55,423 nt of DNA from Thermoanaerobaculia bacterium (GTDB lineage: Bacteria > Acidobacteriota > Thermoanaerobaculia > Multivoradales > UBA5704). Both the position numbers and the translations under genes were made by a program. This document shows positions 9,628 through 17,783 of the stretch, one piece after another (position 1 is the first letter of the stretch; each line of letters opens with the position of its first letter). The stretch covers positions 1 through 55,423 of the forward strand of contig DATDGZ010000306.1 in the NCBI GenBank assembly GCA_036521795.1, read 5' to 3'. The notes under the pieces were generated by a model, which saw only the letters and a list, made by a program, of their open reading frames with translations, was not told where the DNA came from and did not search any database.

Positions 9628-11079
9628 TCACTGGGAGTTGCCCTCCCCGGGCTGCCGCTGCCACAAGAGAGCGCGGACCTGGTGCTGCAGGTCGTCGATC
9701 TGCGCCTGCTGCCGGTCGATGCGCTCCTGCTGGGAGGCGATCGTGCGATGCTGGCGCTGCACCTCGTTCAGCATCATCGCATCGATGAATTGCGAGCGCA
9801 CCGCGAGCGGCTTGCCGTCGCGGTCGAGCTGCACGAGCCCCGGATAGACCTTGGCCACCTCCTCTGCGATGAGCCCGTACTCGAGGAGGCGGGAGCCGTC
9901 GTCGTATGCGGGCTTGTAACGGAAGGTGACGGGGCGCAGTTGCATCAAGCCTTCGGTCGCGGTCCCCATGTCTTCGACGTCCTGCTTGAAGCGCAGCGAC
10001 GACGTCAAGGTCCCCAACTGATCATTGCTGTTCACGTACACCGGGATGCCGCTGGCGGTGGTCGCGCCGTTGATCCCGGAGATGAAGGCCGCGGTGTAGG
10101 GATGAGAACACGCGCCGACGCCACAGCCGATCCGGATCACGTTGTTGTCGCCGCTCACGCCGTAGTTGCCGATGAGGATGTCGTAGCTCTCATTGGCTGC
10201 GAGGTTCTGGCCGGCGGCCTCGCCGATCGCGATGTTGTTAAGGCCGCCGCCGAGCTGATTGGGTAGAGCGCTGGCCCCGATGGCGATGCCGTTGTCTTCA
10301 AGCGAGTACAACATGGCCCCGTCTCCCACCGCTGTATTGGAGCTCCCACCACCGACCGTCTGCAACGCTCCCGCGCCAAGACCGACGTTGCCATTGCCGG
10401 TGAAAGTGAGACTGCCGGCTCCGGGACCCAGGAATAGGTTTTCATGGCCGGTGCTCGGGCTGCCCGGGATCACGCTGCCGCTGCTGAAGTATCCGACGAC
10501 GTCCCCGACGAGATCGGTCGTCGAGTGCGAGCCCGCCGAGAGCACGCTGATGTCCGCGCCTTGCGTGTCCTGGCGCATGGCGAGGACGACCTGGTTGGCG
10601 AGAGTGACCCCGGTGAAGAAATCGATGAGCGAGGTGGCCGGCTCGCTGTGGTCCGTTGGCCACGCATTCAAGAAGCCGTTGCCGGCCGGGTTCACCACCG
10701 TCAGGTTGATCACCACGGCCTGCACCTGGGGCGGGCCCTGTATGGTGGCATCGGGTACGGCGCCAGCAGCCGCCGAGCGACGGATCGGCGCCTCGCCCTG
10801 CAAGACCGCAAACCCTGGCACCGCGCAGCCGCCGCTCGGCCCGCCCTGGTTGGTGAAATACGTTCCCGTGTTGTTGCCGACGATGTTGAAGGTCTGGACC
10901 ACGTTGGGCTGCAGCTTCCCGGCGATGGAGTTCCGGGTGTCGATGATGCGACACGGCACGACGCTGGTATAGATGAGATTGGGCACCATGACCTGTGCGC
11001 CGGCAGCGCCGACGCCCAGCAGCTGCAGGACGACCAACGGCAGGAATCGGAGGGAGAGACTCGAAGAGATGGATCGCAC
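9628..11079 (-). CDS. Secreted fibre protein with Gly-rich Hep_Hag-like repeats and a C-terminal peptidase S74 intramolecular chaperone domain (tail fiber domain-containing protein)
   Basis: A GTG start at 11079 is preceded by AAAGGAGG. The signal peptide is LRFLPLVVLQLLGVGAAGAQV. Repeats include NTAVGDGAM and NIAIGEAAG. The C-terminus SSLRFKQDVEDMG...LRPVTFRYK...EYGLIAEEVAKVYPGLV followed by a coiled coil matches the S74 auto-processing chaperone. Confidence 0.8.
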   Translation of the reverse strand: MRSISSSLSLRFLPLVVLQLLGVGAAGAQVMVPNLIYTSVVPCRIIDTRNSIAGKLQPNVVQTFNIVGNNTGTYFTNQGGPSGGCAVPGFAVLQGEAPIRRSAAAGAVPDATIQGPPQVQAVVINLTVVNPAGNGFLNAWPTDHSEPATSLIDFFTGVTLANQVVLAMRQDTQGADISVLSAGSHSTTDLVGDVVGYFSSGSVIPGSPSTGHENLFLGPGAGSLTFTGNGNVGLGAGALQTVGGGSSNTAVGDGAMLYSLEDNGIAIGASALPNQLGGGLNNIAIGEAAGQNLAANESYDILIGNYGVSGDNNVIRIGCGVGACSHPYTAAFISGINGATTASGIPVYVNSNDQLGTLTSSLRFKQDVEDMGTATEGLMQLRPVTFRYKPAYDDGSRLLEYGLIAEEVAKVYPGLVQLDRDGKPLAVRSQFIDAMMLNEVQRQHRTIASQQERIDRQQAQIDDLQHQVRALLWQRQPGEGNSQ

Positions 11080-11509
11080 GGCACTGCCTCCTTTTCGGAA
11101 GTGGAGTTTCACGGAGTCGCGCCCGCAACCGGGTCGCGTCTCTCTATAGCAACTGAGCTCTTGCGCAACCAAAGCAGACTGATGGCGACCTGCTGTTTCC
11201 AATGTACAGAGCATCGCATTTGAGGTTAGCATAAATGACCGCAAGAAAGTTGACCATTTGTCCCTTCAGGGACGGGTGACCGCGAGCGCCGTTGCCCGCG
11301 TAATGGGTGTCCCTACGCCTGAAGTCTCCGCCTCTCCAGGCTGGAGGGCAAGTGACCAGTGAGCTCGGGGACCGGCAGCGCCGAGCAGGGAGCGTGTGGC
11401 GGCTGCCCATGACCCGCGGCATCGCCGGTCGGGGGTGCCGCTCGGGTGGCTGACGCTATTGAAAGCGCGGCGGTCCGGAGGTATTTTTAGCAGCCGGGGC
11501 GCGGCGGCC

Positions 11510-12751
11510 ATGAACCACTGGAAAGAGACGGCGGAGATCCTGTCGCGGCTGGCCGAGCTGGGGGCGGCGGGGCGGCGGGCGGCGCTGGCCACGGTGGTGG
11601 AGATCGCGGGCTCGGCCTACCGGCGGCCGGGCGCCAAGTTCCTGATCGAGGACACGGGCGGCACCCTGGGCAGCGTCAGCGGCGGCTGCCTCGAAGCCGA
11701 CGTGCGCGAGGTGGCGAACGCCGTCGTCGAGACTGGCACGCCATCGCTGCGCCACTACAACACCGGCGACGAGGACGTGGTCTGGGGTCTCGGCCTGGGC
11801 TGCAACGGGCTGGTGGACGTCTTCGTGCAGCCGGCGACGGACGGGCCGCTGGCGGCGCTTGCGGGACCGCTGCGGGAGCTGTTCGCCGGCGACGGCACGG
11901 TGGCGCTCGCCACGGTGGTGGGGGCCGGACCCGCCGGACCCGACGCCGATGCCGAGGCGGGGTCGCCGGCGGGTGGCGAGGTCGGCGCGACCCTTGCAGT
12001 CGATTGCAGCGCGATGCAAGGTCATTCGCCGGCGCTGGTTCACGGGTCGCTGGGATCGGCGGCGCTCGACCGCGAGGTGGTGGAGCGCATCCGCGGGTTG
12101 GCCGCGGCGGGGCGCTCGGGCGTGCAGGCGGTCGCCGGCCGCAGGGTGTTCATCGAGGTGCTGCCGCCGCCTCCTCACCTGCTCGTCTGCGGCGGCGGCG
12201 ACGACGCCCGGCCGCTGGTCGCGTATGCCGCCGACGTCGGTTTCCGCGTCACCGTGCTCGACCACCGCCCGGCGCTGCTGGCCCCCGAGTGGTTCCCGCA
12301 GGCGCTGCGCCGGGTCGTGGCCCGCCCCGAGGACCCGGACCTGGCGTTGCCGCCGCCGCCGCGCACGCTGGCGGTGGTGAAGACCCACTCGCTGGCCCAC
12401 GACCGGGAATGGGTGCGGCGGCTGCTGGCGGCCGGGCTGCCGTACATCGGGGTGCTGGGGCCGCGCGGGCGGACGGAGGCCATCCTGCGCGACGTCGGCA
12501 CCGAGGCGGCGGCCGAGGCCGCCGGCGTCCGCGGTCCCGGCGGTGCCGATGGTCCGGGCGAACATCGGCGATTCGCGGCGAGCCACGGCGGGTCCGTCGA
12601 GGAGCGGGTCTTCGGCCCGGTAGGCCTCGACCTGGGCGCCGACGGGCCACGGCAGGTCGCGATCAGCATCGTCGCCGAGCTGCTCGCCTTCACCGCCCGC
12701 CGCGAGGCGCGCCACCTGTCGGCGCGGCGGGAGGCCATCCATGCGGGATGA
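11510..12751 (+). CDS. XdhC/CoxI-family molybdoenzyme maturation protein
   Basis: MNHWKETAEILSRLAELGAAGRRAALATVVEIAGSAYRRPGAKFLI...GSVSGGCLE is the XdhC_CoxI N-domain. The later LLVCGGGDDARPLVAYAADVGFRVTVLDHRP is the Rossmann-like XdhC_C domain. The start is in frame with track ORF 11396. Confidence 0.85.
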   Translation: MNHWKETAEILSRLAELGAAGRRAALATVVEIAGSAYRRPGAKFLIEDTGGTLGSVSGGCLEADVREVANAVVETGTPSLRHYNTGDEDVVWGLGLGCNGLVDVFVQPATDGPLAALAGPLRELFAGDGTVALATVVGAGPAGPDADAEAGSPAGGEVGATLAVDCSAMQGHSPALVHGSLGSAALDREVVERIRGLAAAGRSGVQAVAGRRVFIEVLPPPPHLLVCGGGDDARPLVAYAADVGFRVTVLDHRPALLAPEWFPQALRRVVARPEDPDLALPPPPRTLAVVKTHSLAHDREWVRRLLAAGLPYIGVLGPRGRTEAILRDVGTEAAAEAAGVRGPGGADGPGEHRRFAASHGGSVEERVFGPVGLDLGADGPRQVAISIVAELLAFTARREARHLSARREAIHAG

Positions 12752-13403
12752 CGCCGGCTTGCCGGCCGGTGAGGAAGGTGCCGGCCCCGTCGCGAGCGTC
12801 GCGGGCGTGGCGGGGGTGCTGCTGGCGGCAGGCACCTCGAGCCGCATGGGGTGCAACAAGATGCTGTTCGAGCTCGGCGGAGAGAGCGTGCTGCGGGGCG
12901 CGGCGCGGCGAGCGCTGGCCGGCGGCTTGTCGCCGCTGCTGGTGGTGCTCGGGCACCAGGCGGAGAGAGCGCGGCAGGAGCTCGACGGCCTCGCCTGCCA
13001 GGTGGTCATCAACCCGGAGTACGACCAGGGGATCACCGCGTCGCTCAAGGCCGGGGTGTCGGCCCTGCCGCCCGCGGCGGCGGCGGTGGTGGTGTTGCTC
13101 GCCGACATGCCCCTGGTCAGCACTGAGATGATCGCCGAGATGGTGACGCGCTACCGCGCGACCGGGGCGCCGCTGGTGATCTCGGACTATGGGGGCGTCA
13201 CCGCGCCCCCCATGTTGTACGATCGCAGGCTCTTCGGCGAGCTGCGGCAGATGACCGCGGGCGGCTGTGGCCGTCAGGTGGTCAAGCGCCACCGCGCCGA
13301 GGCGCAGGTGCTGTCCTGGCCGGCGGCGACACTCGCCGATCTCGACGTGCCGGAGGACTATGCGCGGATCCGAGACCGCAGCCGGCCGGTCGGAACGGTC
13401 TGA
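12741..13403 (+). CDS. mocA: Molybdenum cofactor cytidylyltransferase (MobA-like NTP transferase)
   Basis: VAGVLLAAGTSSRMGCNKMLFEL, VVLLADMPLV and DLDVPEDY are typical MocA/NTP_transf_3 features. Overlaps the xdhC stop by 11 nt. Confidence 0.85.
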   Translation: MRDDAGLPAGEEGAGPVASVAGVAGVLLAAGTSSRMGCNKMLFELGGESVLRGAARRALAGGLSPLLVVLGHQAERARQELDGLACQVVINPEYDQGITASLKAGVSALPPAAAAVVVLLADMPLVSTEMIAEMVTRYRATGAPLVISDYGGVTAPPMLYDRRLFGELRQMTAGGCGRQVVKRHRAEAQVLSWPAATLADLDVPEDYARIRDRSRPVGTV

Positions 13404-13415
13404 GCGGTCGCCCCC

Positions 13416-13451
13416 GACGCGGGCGACGCGGGCCACGCGGGCGACGCGAAC
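13416..13451. repeat. Intergenic tandem repeat, 4 x 9 bp (GACGCGGGC-like)
   Basis: gacgcgggc gacgcgggc cacgcgggc gacgcgaac, read directly between mocA and the next gene. Confidence 0.8.
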
Positions 13452-13493
13452 AGTGGTCAGGACGCGCCGGAACCGAGAGGGACGCTGATCCTC

Positions 13494-14657
13494 ATGCATG
13501 CCGAGCTGCTGCGAATGGCGTCGGAGCTGGCGGGGAGGGAGGAGCCCTTCGTGCTGGCCGTGGTGGTGCGCCGCCAGCCGGCCAGCTCGGCGCAGGCAGG
13601 CGACATGGCGCTGATCACCGCCGCGGGCGAGTTCCACGGCTGGCTGGGCGGCAGCTGCACGCAGCCGACGGTGGTGCGCGAGGCGCGGCGGGCGCTCGCC
13701 GACGGCAGGCCGCGGCTGCTGGCGCTGTCGCCCGATCCGGAGGCCGAGCGGCGGCCCGGGGTGGCGGTCTTCCCGATGACCTGCCACAGTGGAGGGAGCG
13801 TGGAGATCTATCTCGATCCCATCCTGCCGGCGACGCGGCTGCTGATCTTCGGCGCCTCGCCGATCGCCCGGGCCCTGGCGACCCTCGGCCAGGCCATGGG
13901 CTACTCGGTCTCGGCGATGATGGATGGCGCTGCGGACCAGCCGGCGCCGGCAGCCGCCGCCCACGCTGCCACGGCTGCCGGGGGCGCCACGGCTGCCGGC
14001 GGCGGCGCCGCCGCTCCCCGCGATCCTGCCGTGCGGGGGGCGCGCTCCTACGCCGTGGTGGCGACGATGGGGGAGCGTGACGAGGAGGCCATCCGCGCGG
14101 CGCTGGCGCTGCGCCCGGCCTACCTCGGAGTGGTGGCGAGCGCCAGGCGCTTCGCCCAGGTGCGCGAGAGCCTGCTGGCCCAGGGAGTGGCGGCGGCGTC
14201 GCTCGACTCGATCCGCAGCCCGGCCGGGGTGGCGATCGGGGCCCAGGAGCCGGCGGAGATCGCGGTGAGCGTGCTGGCCGAGATCGTCGCCCTGCGGCAC
14301 GGCGCCGCGGAGGCACCGCGGACCGCGGAGACCGCGGTGTCATCCGCAGCACCGGAGACCGCGGAGACGCCGGAGCCATCGGAGCCATCGGAGCCATCGG
14401 AGACATCGGAGATCAGCGCGACCGCCTCCGGCCAGGCGATCGATCCGATCTGCGGCATGACCGTCGAGACGGCCGGCGCCCGCCACACCGCCGAGGCCGG
14501 CGGGCGCACGTGGTACTTTTGCGGCGAGGGTTGCCGCGGGCGGTTCCTGGCCGCGCCGGAACGGTTCGCGGCGCCCCGGCCCGTGGCCGCGGCACCCCGG
14601 GGACCGGCGGCACCCCCGGCACCCGGCCAGCCGCGGAGATCGGCGGGAGGGGTGTGA
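13494..14657 (+). CDS. XdhC/CoxI-family protein fused to a C-terminal YHS/TRASH-type metal-binding domain
   Basis: N-domain: EPFVLAVVVRRQPASSAQAGDMALITAAGEFHGWLGGSC. Rossmann part: LLIFGASPIARALATLGQAMGYSV. Then a low-complexity linker (PSEPSEPSEPSETSE) and IDPICGMTVETAGARHTAEAGGRTWYFCGEGCRGRFLAAPERF, the YHS pattern DPxCGM...YFC..xC...F. Confidence 0.85.
   Translation: MHAELLRMASELAGREEPFVLAVVVRRQPASSAQAGDMALITAAGEFHGWLGGSCTQPTVVREARRALADGRPRLLALSPDPEAERRPGVAVFPMTCHSGGSVEIYLDPILPATRLLIFGASPIARALATLGQAMGYSVSAMMDGAADQPAPAAAAHAATAAGGATAAGGGAAAPRDPAVRGARSYAVVATMGERDEEAIRAALALRPAYLGVVASARRFAQVRESLLAQGVAAASLDSIRSPAGVAIGAQEPAEIAVSVLAEIVALRHGAAEAPRTAETAVSSAAPETAETPEPSEPSEPSETSEISATASGQAIDPICGMTVETAGARHTAEAGGRTWYFCGEGCRGRFLAAPERFAAPRPVAAAPRGPAAPPAPGQPRRSAGGV
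14354..14416 (+). repeat. In-frame 9-bp tandem repeat (GGAGCCATC x3 perfect, plus degenerate flanking copies) encoding the PSE/PET linker
   Basis: ggagccatc ggagccatc ggagccatc ggagacatc ggagatcag, read directly inside the XdhC-YHS linker. Confidence 0.8.
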
Positions 14658-15583
14658 AGCCGGAGATCGTAGAGCTGTTGCAGGCGATGGAGCGGCACGG
14701 CTACGTCGCCGATGCGGCCGTCGCCACCGCCGTCTTCCTGGCCAAGGAGATGCGCCGGCCGTTGTTGATCGAGGGCGACGCCGGGGTGGGCAAGACCGAG
14801 GTCGCCAAGGTGCTGGCGCGGCTGCTGCCGGCCGAGCTGATCCGGCTGCAGTGCTACGAAGGCCTGGACGTCGCGACGGCGCTCTACGAGTGGAACTACC
14901 AGCGCCAGATCCTGCGCCTGCGCTTGGCGGAGCACGAGGGCAAGAGTGCGGCGGAGATCGAAGAGCTGATCTTCAGCCGCGCCTACCTGCTGGAGCGGCC
15001 GCTGCTGCGCGCCATCACCCGGCGCGAGGCGCCGCCGGTGCTGCTGATCGACGAGGTGGATCGCGCCGACGACGGCTTCGAGGCGTTCCTGCTCGAGGTG
15101 CTCTCCGATTTCCAGGTGACGATCCCGGAGCTGGGCACGGTGCGGGCGGAACACGTGCCCTATGTGGTCCTGACCTCGAACCGCAGCCGCGAGATCGGCG
15201 ATGCGCTGCGGCGGCGCTGCCTCTACCTCTATATCGATCATCCGACGCTCGACAAGGAGGTGCGCATCCTGCGCGCCCGCGTGCCGCAGGCCGGTGCGCG
15301 GCTGGCGGTGGAGATCGCCTGCTTCGTGCAGGCGCTGCGGCGGCGGCGGCTGAGCAAGGCGCCGGGAGTGGCGGAGACCATCGACTGGGCACAGGCGCTG
15401 CTGCGCCTCGATCGCGACCATCTCGATCTCGAGACCGTCGAGCAGACCCTGGGCTGCGTGCTCAAGGACCACCACGATCTCCACGACCTGGGCGGCGGCG
15501 AGCTCGAGGCGGCGCTGGCGGCGGCGCTCGCGGAGGTCCCGCCACTGCCGGCGGCGCCGGCGGCGGAGGCGGCGGCGCGATGA
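14654..15583 (+). CDS. coxD: MoxR-type AAA+ ATPase, CoxD-like CODH maturation factor
   Basis: The GTG start overlaps the previous stop (GTGA), with GGGAGGGG upstream. Walker A is LLIEGDAGVGKTEVAK and Walker B is VLLIDEVDRA. Typical MoxR length, followed by a VWA gene. Confidence 0.85.
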   Translation: MKPEIVELLQAMERHGYVADAAVATAVFLAKEMRRPLLIEGDAGVGKTEVAKVLARLLPAELIRLQCYEGLDVATALYEWNYQRQILRLRLAEHEGKSAAEIEELIFSRAYLLERPLLRAITRREAPPVLLIDEVDRADDGFEAFLLEVLSDFQVTIPELGTVRAEHVPYVVLTSNRSREIGDALRRRCLYLYIDHPTLDKEVRILRARVPQAGARLAVEIACFVQALRRRRLSKAPGVAETIDWAQALLRLDRDHLDLETVEQTLGCVLKDHHDLHDLGGGELEAALAAALAEVPPLPAAPAAEAAAR

Positions 15584-16821
15584 GCCCATCGGCGGCGGCC
15601 TCGGGCATGGGCTCCGGGCTCGTGCCGCACCTCGTGCGGTTCGGGCGCGCCCTGCGCGGCCACGGCGTCGGCGTGGGGCTGAGCGACGAGGCCGACGCTC
15701 TCGAAGCAATGTGCCTGGTCGACCTGGGCGACCGCGACGAGGTGCGCCGTGCGCTGGGGGCGGCGATGAAGATCCGGCCGCGCGACGCGGCAGCGTTCGA
15801 CGAGCTGTTCGCGCGGTGGTGGAGCAAGCGGCCGCCGCACGAGGCTGCCGAGACGCCGCGCCCCGAGCAGCCCCGGTTCGAGGACCCGACGAGGCCGCCG
15901 CGGCCGGGGCCGCAGCGGCGGCCCGGCCCGAGACTGGCCGGCCCGGAGTGCCAGCCGGCGCCGGCGACCGCGGCGGCCGGAGCGAGCGAGGTGCCCGCCG
16001 GCGAAGAGCCGGGTTACAGCCCGGAAGCCCTGCTGCGGCGCAAGTCCTTCGAGGAGTGCTCGGCGGCGGACCTGGAGGCCATGGAGCACCTGATGGCCCG
16101 GCTTGCCCTGCGGCTCGCCACCCGTCCCAGCCGGCGGCGGCTGCCGGCGCGTGGCGCGGTGCGCGGCGAGGTCGACCTGCGGCGCAGCTTCCGGCGCGCG
16201 CTGGCCGACGGCGGGGAGCTGCTGTCGCTGGCCCGGCGGCGGCGGGCGATCGAGCTGCCACGCCTGGTGGTGCTCTGCGACACCAGCGGCTCGATGGATC
16301 CGCATACCCGCTTCCTGCTCGCTTTCGTGCTGGCGCTGCGCCGCATGGCGCGGCGCTGCGAGCTGTTCGCGTTCAACACCGCGCTGGTGCGGCTCACGCC
16401 CTGGCTCCGCGAATCGCGGGCGGCGCCGGGCCTCCCAGGGACGCCGCCCGCGGGCTGGGAGATCGATCGGGTGCTGCGGCGGCTCGCCGCGGACGTGCCC
16501 GGCTGGTCGGGCGGCACCAGGATCGGCGAGTGCCTGGCCGCGTTCGCCGGCCAGTGGCTGGACGAGCTGGTCGACGGACGGACCGTGGTGCTGATCCTCA
16601 GCGACGGGCTCGACCGCGGCGACGTCGGGCCGCTCGTGGGCGCGATGCGCGCCATCCGCGGGCGGGCGCGGCAGGTGCTGTGGCTGAACCCGCTGGCGGG
16701 AGACCGGCGCTACGAGCCCACGGCGCGCGCCATGGCGGCGGCGATGCCCTACGTCGACCGGCTGGCGCCGGCCCACAACCTCGAAGCCCTGGAGCGCCTG
16801 CTGCCTCTGCTGTCGGCCTGA
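15580..16821 (+). CDS. coxE: VWA domain-containing CoxE-like protein
   Basis: ATGA overlap with coxD. N-terminus LVRFGRALRGHGVGVGLSDEADALEA. The MIDAS-type motif VVLCDTSGSM and later VLILSDG are typical CoxE/VWA_CoxE features. Confidence 0.8.
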   Translation: MSPSAAASGMGSGLVPHLVRFGRALRGHGVGVGLSDEADALEAMCLVDLGDRDEVRRALGAAMKIRPRDAAAFDELFARWWSKRPPHEAAETPRPEQPRFEDPTRPPRPGPQRRPGPRLAGPECQPAPATAAAGASEVPAGEEPGYSPEALLRRKSFEECSAADLEAMEHLMARLALRLATRPSRRRLPARGAVRGEVDLRRSFRRALADGGELLSLARRRRAIELPRLVVLCDTSGSMDPHTRFLLAFVLALRRMARRCELFAFNTALVRLTPWLRESRAAPGLPGTPPAGWEIDRVLRRLAADVPGWSGGTRIGECLAAFAGQWLDELVDGRTVVLILSDGLDRGDVGPLVGAMRAIRGRARQVLWLNPLAGDRRYEPTARAMAAAMPYVDRLAPAHNLEALERLLPLLSA

Positions 16822-16832
16822 AGGGAGCGACG

Positions 16833-17723
16833 ATGGGCATCCCGATCGAGAAGCGCTTCGTCGTCGCCGCCCCGGCGGCCGCGGTGTGGGAGTTCCTCAC
16901 CGACCCCGCCAAGGTGGCGAGCTGCTTGCCCGGCGCCGCGATCACCGGCAAGGAGGACGACTCGACCTGGGTCGGAACGATGAACGTCAAGGTCGGGCCG
17001 GTCACCGCGAGCTACCGGGGCAAGCTGCGTTTCGAGCGCCTGGACGCCGCGGCGCGCGAGGCGGAGATCGCCGCCTCCGGCCAGGAGACGCGCGGCAAGG
17101 GAGGCGCCGACATGCGGATGAAGAGCCGCGTCGTCGAGCGCGGTCCCCGCGAGACCGAGGTGACGGTCGCCTCCGACGTCAACGTGGTCGGCGTGCTGGC
17201 ACAGTTCGGCCGCGGCATGATCCAGGACGTCAGCGACCAGATGTTCCGCAAGTTCACCGAGGCGATGCGACGGCAGCTGGAGGCGGGGGGGGCGCCTAGG
17301 GCTGCCGGAGAGGAGACGGCGACTGCGGCGGCTCCCGCGACGACGGTGGCTCCTGCGACGCCGCCGCCTGCCGTGACGGCCACGACGACGGTGGCGACGG
17401 CGACGACGACGGCCGGTGCCGGCCGCGAAGTTGTCGAAGCGCCCCAGGGACCCGCCGCGGCGTCTCTGGCTGCCGAGAGGCACGCGGACTCCGTGCCGCC
17501 TGCGCCCTCGGCGGCGCCGCCGCCTTCCGAGAGACGTACAGGGTCCGTGCCGCCTGCGCCCTCGGCGCCGCCCCCTCTGCCTTCTCCAGAAAACGTCCTG
17601 GACGTAGGTGCGCTCGGAGGCGCCGCGCTGGGCCGGGCGGCAATGCGGACGCTGCGGCGCCCGGGGTTCTGGATTACCTTCGCGGCGGTCGTCTTGATCG
17701 TCTACTGGTGGGTGACCCGCTGA
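16833..17723 (+). CDS. coxG: CoxG-like SRPBCC protein with low-complexity linker and C-terminal transmembrane anchor
   Basis: MGIPIEKRFVVAAPAAAVWEFLTDPAKVASCLPGA...GPVTASYRGKLRFERLD is the CoxG/SRPBCC pattern. An Ala/Thr/Pro-rich tail follows, with a duplicated SVPPAPSA segment, ending in FWITFAAVVLIVYWWV. Confidence 0.8.
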   Translation: MGIPIEKRFVVAAPAAAVWEFLTDPAKVASCLPGAAITGKEDDSTWVGTMNVKVGPVTASYRGKLRFERLDAAAREAEIAASGQETRGKGGADMRMKSRVVERGPRETEVTVASDVNVVGVLAQFGRGMIQDVSDQMFRKFTEAMRRQLEAGGAPRAAGEETATAAAPATTVAPATPPPAVTATTTVATATTTAGAGREVVEAPQGPAAASLAAERHADSVPPAPSAAPPPSERRTGSVPPAPSAPPPLPSPENVLDVGALGGAALGRAAMRTLRRPGFWITFAAVVLIVYWWVTR

Positions 17724-17783
17724 TGCCTCGCAACCGCTTGCCGGTGCGTGCCGGCGTTGTCGCCACAGCCGCCGTTATCGTGG

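Noticed and set aside
9628-11079. Possible prophage, because of a 'tail fiber' S74 domain.
   Set aside because: No capsid, portal, terminase, tail tube, integrase or lysis genes are present anywhere in the window. The protein has a Sec signal peptide and sits among host-type genes.
13416-14416. Short tandem repeats as a possible CRISPR array (also at 17784-17914, 33091-33122, 33829-33869 and 50751-50840).
   Set aside because: The units are 8-51 bp and directly abutting, with no unique spacers of 25-40 bp. There are no cas genes in the window. I conclude they are microsatellite- or minisatellite-type repeats, not CRISPR.
14654-16821. The MoxR AAA+ / VWA pair as a stand-alone stress or defence module.
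   Set aside because: It is embedded by overlapping start/stop codons between the XdhC-YHS gene and coxG-coxMSL. This is the well-known CoxD/CoxE maturation pair of form-I CODH clusters.
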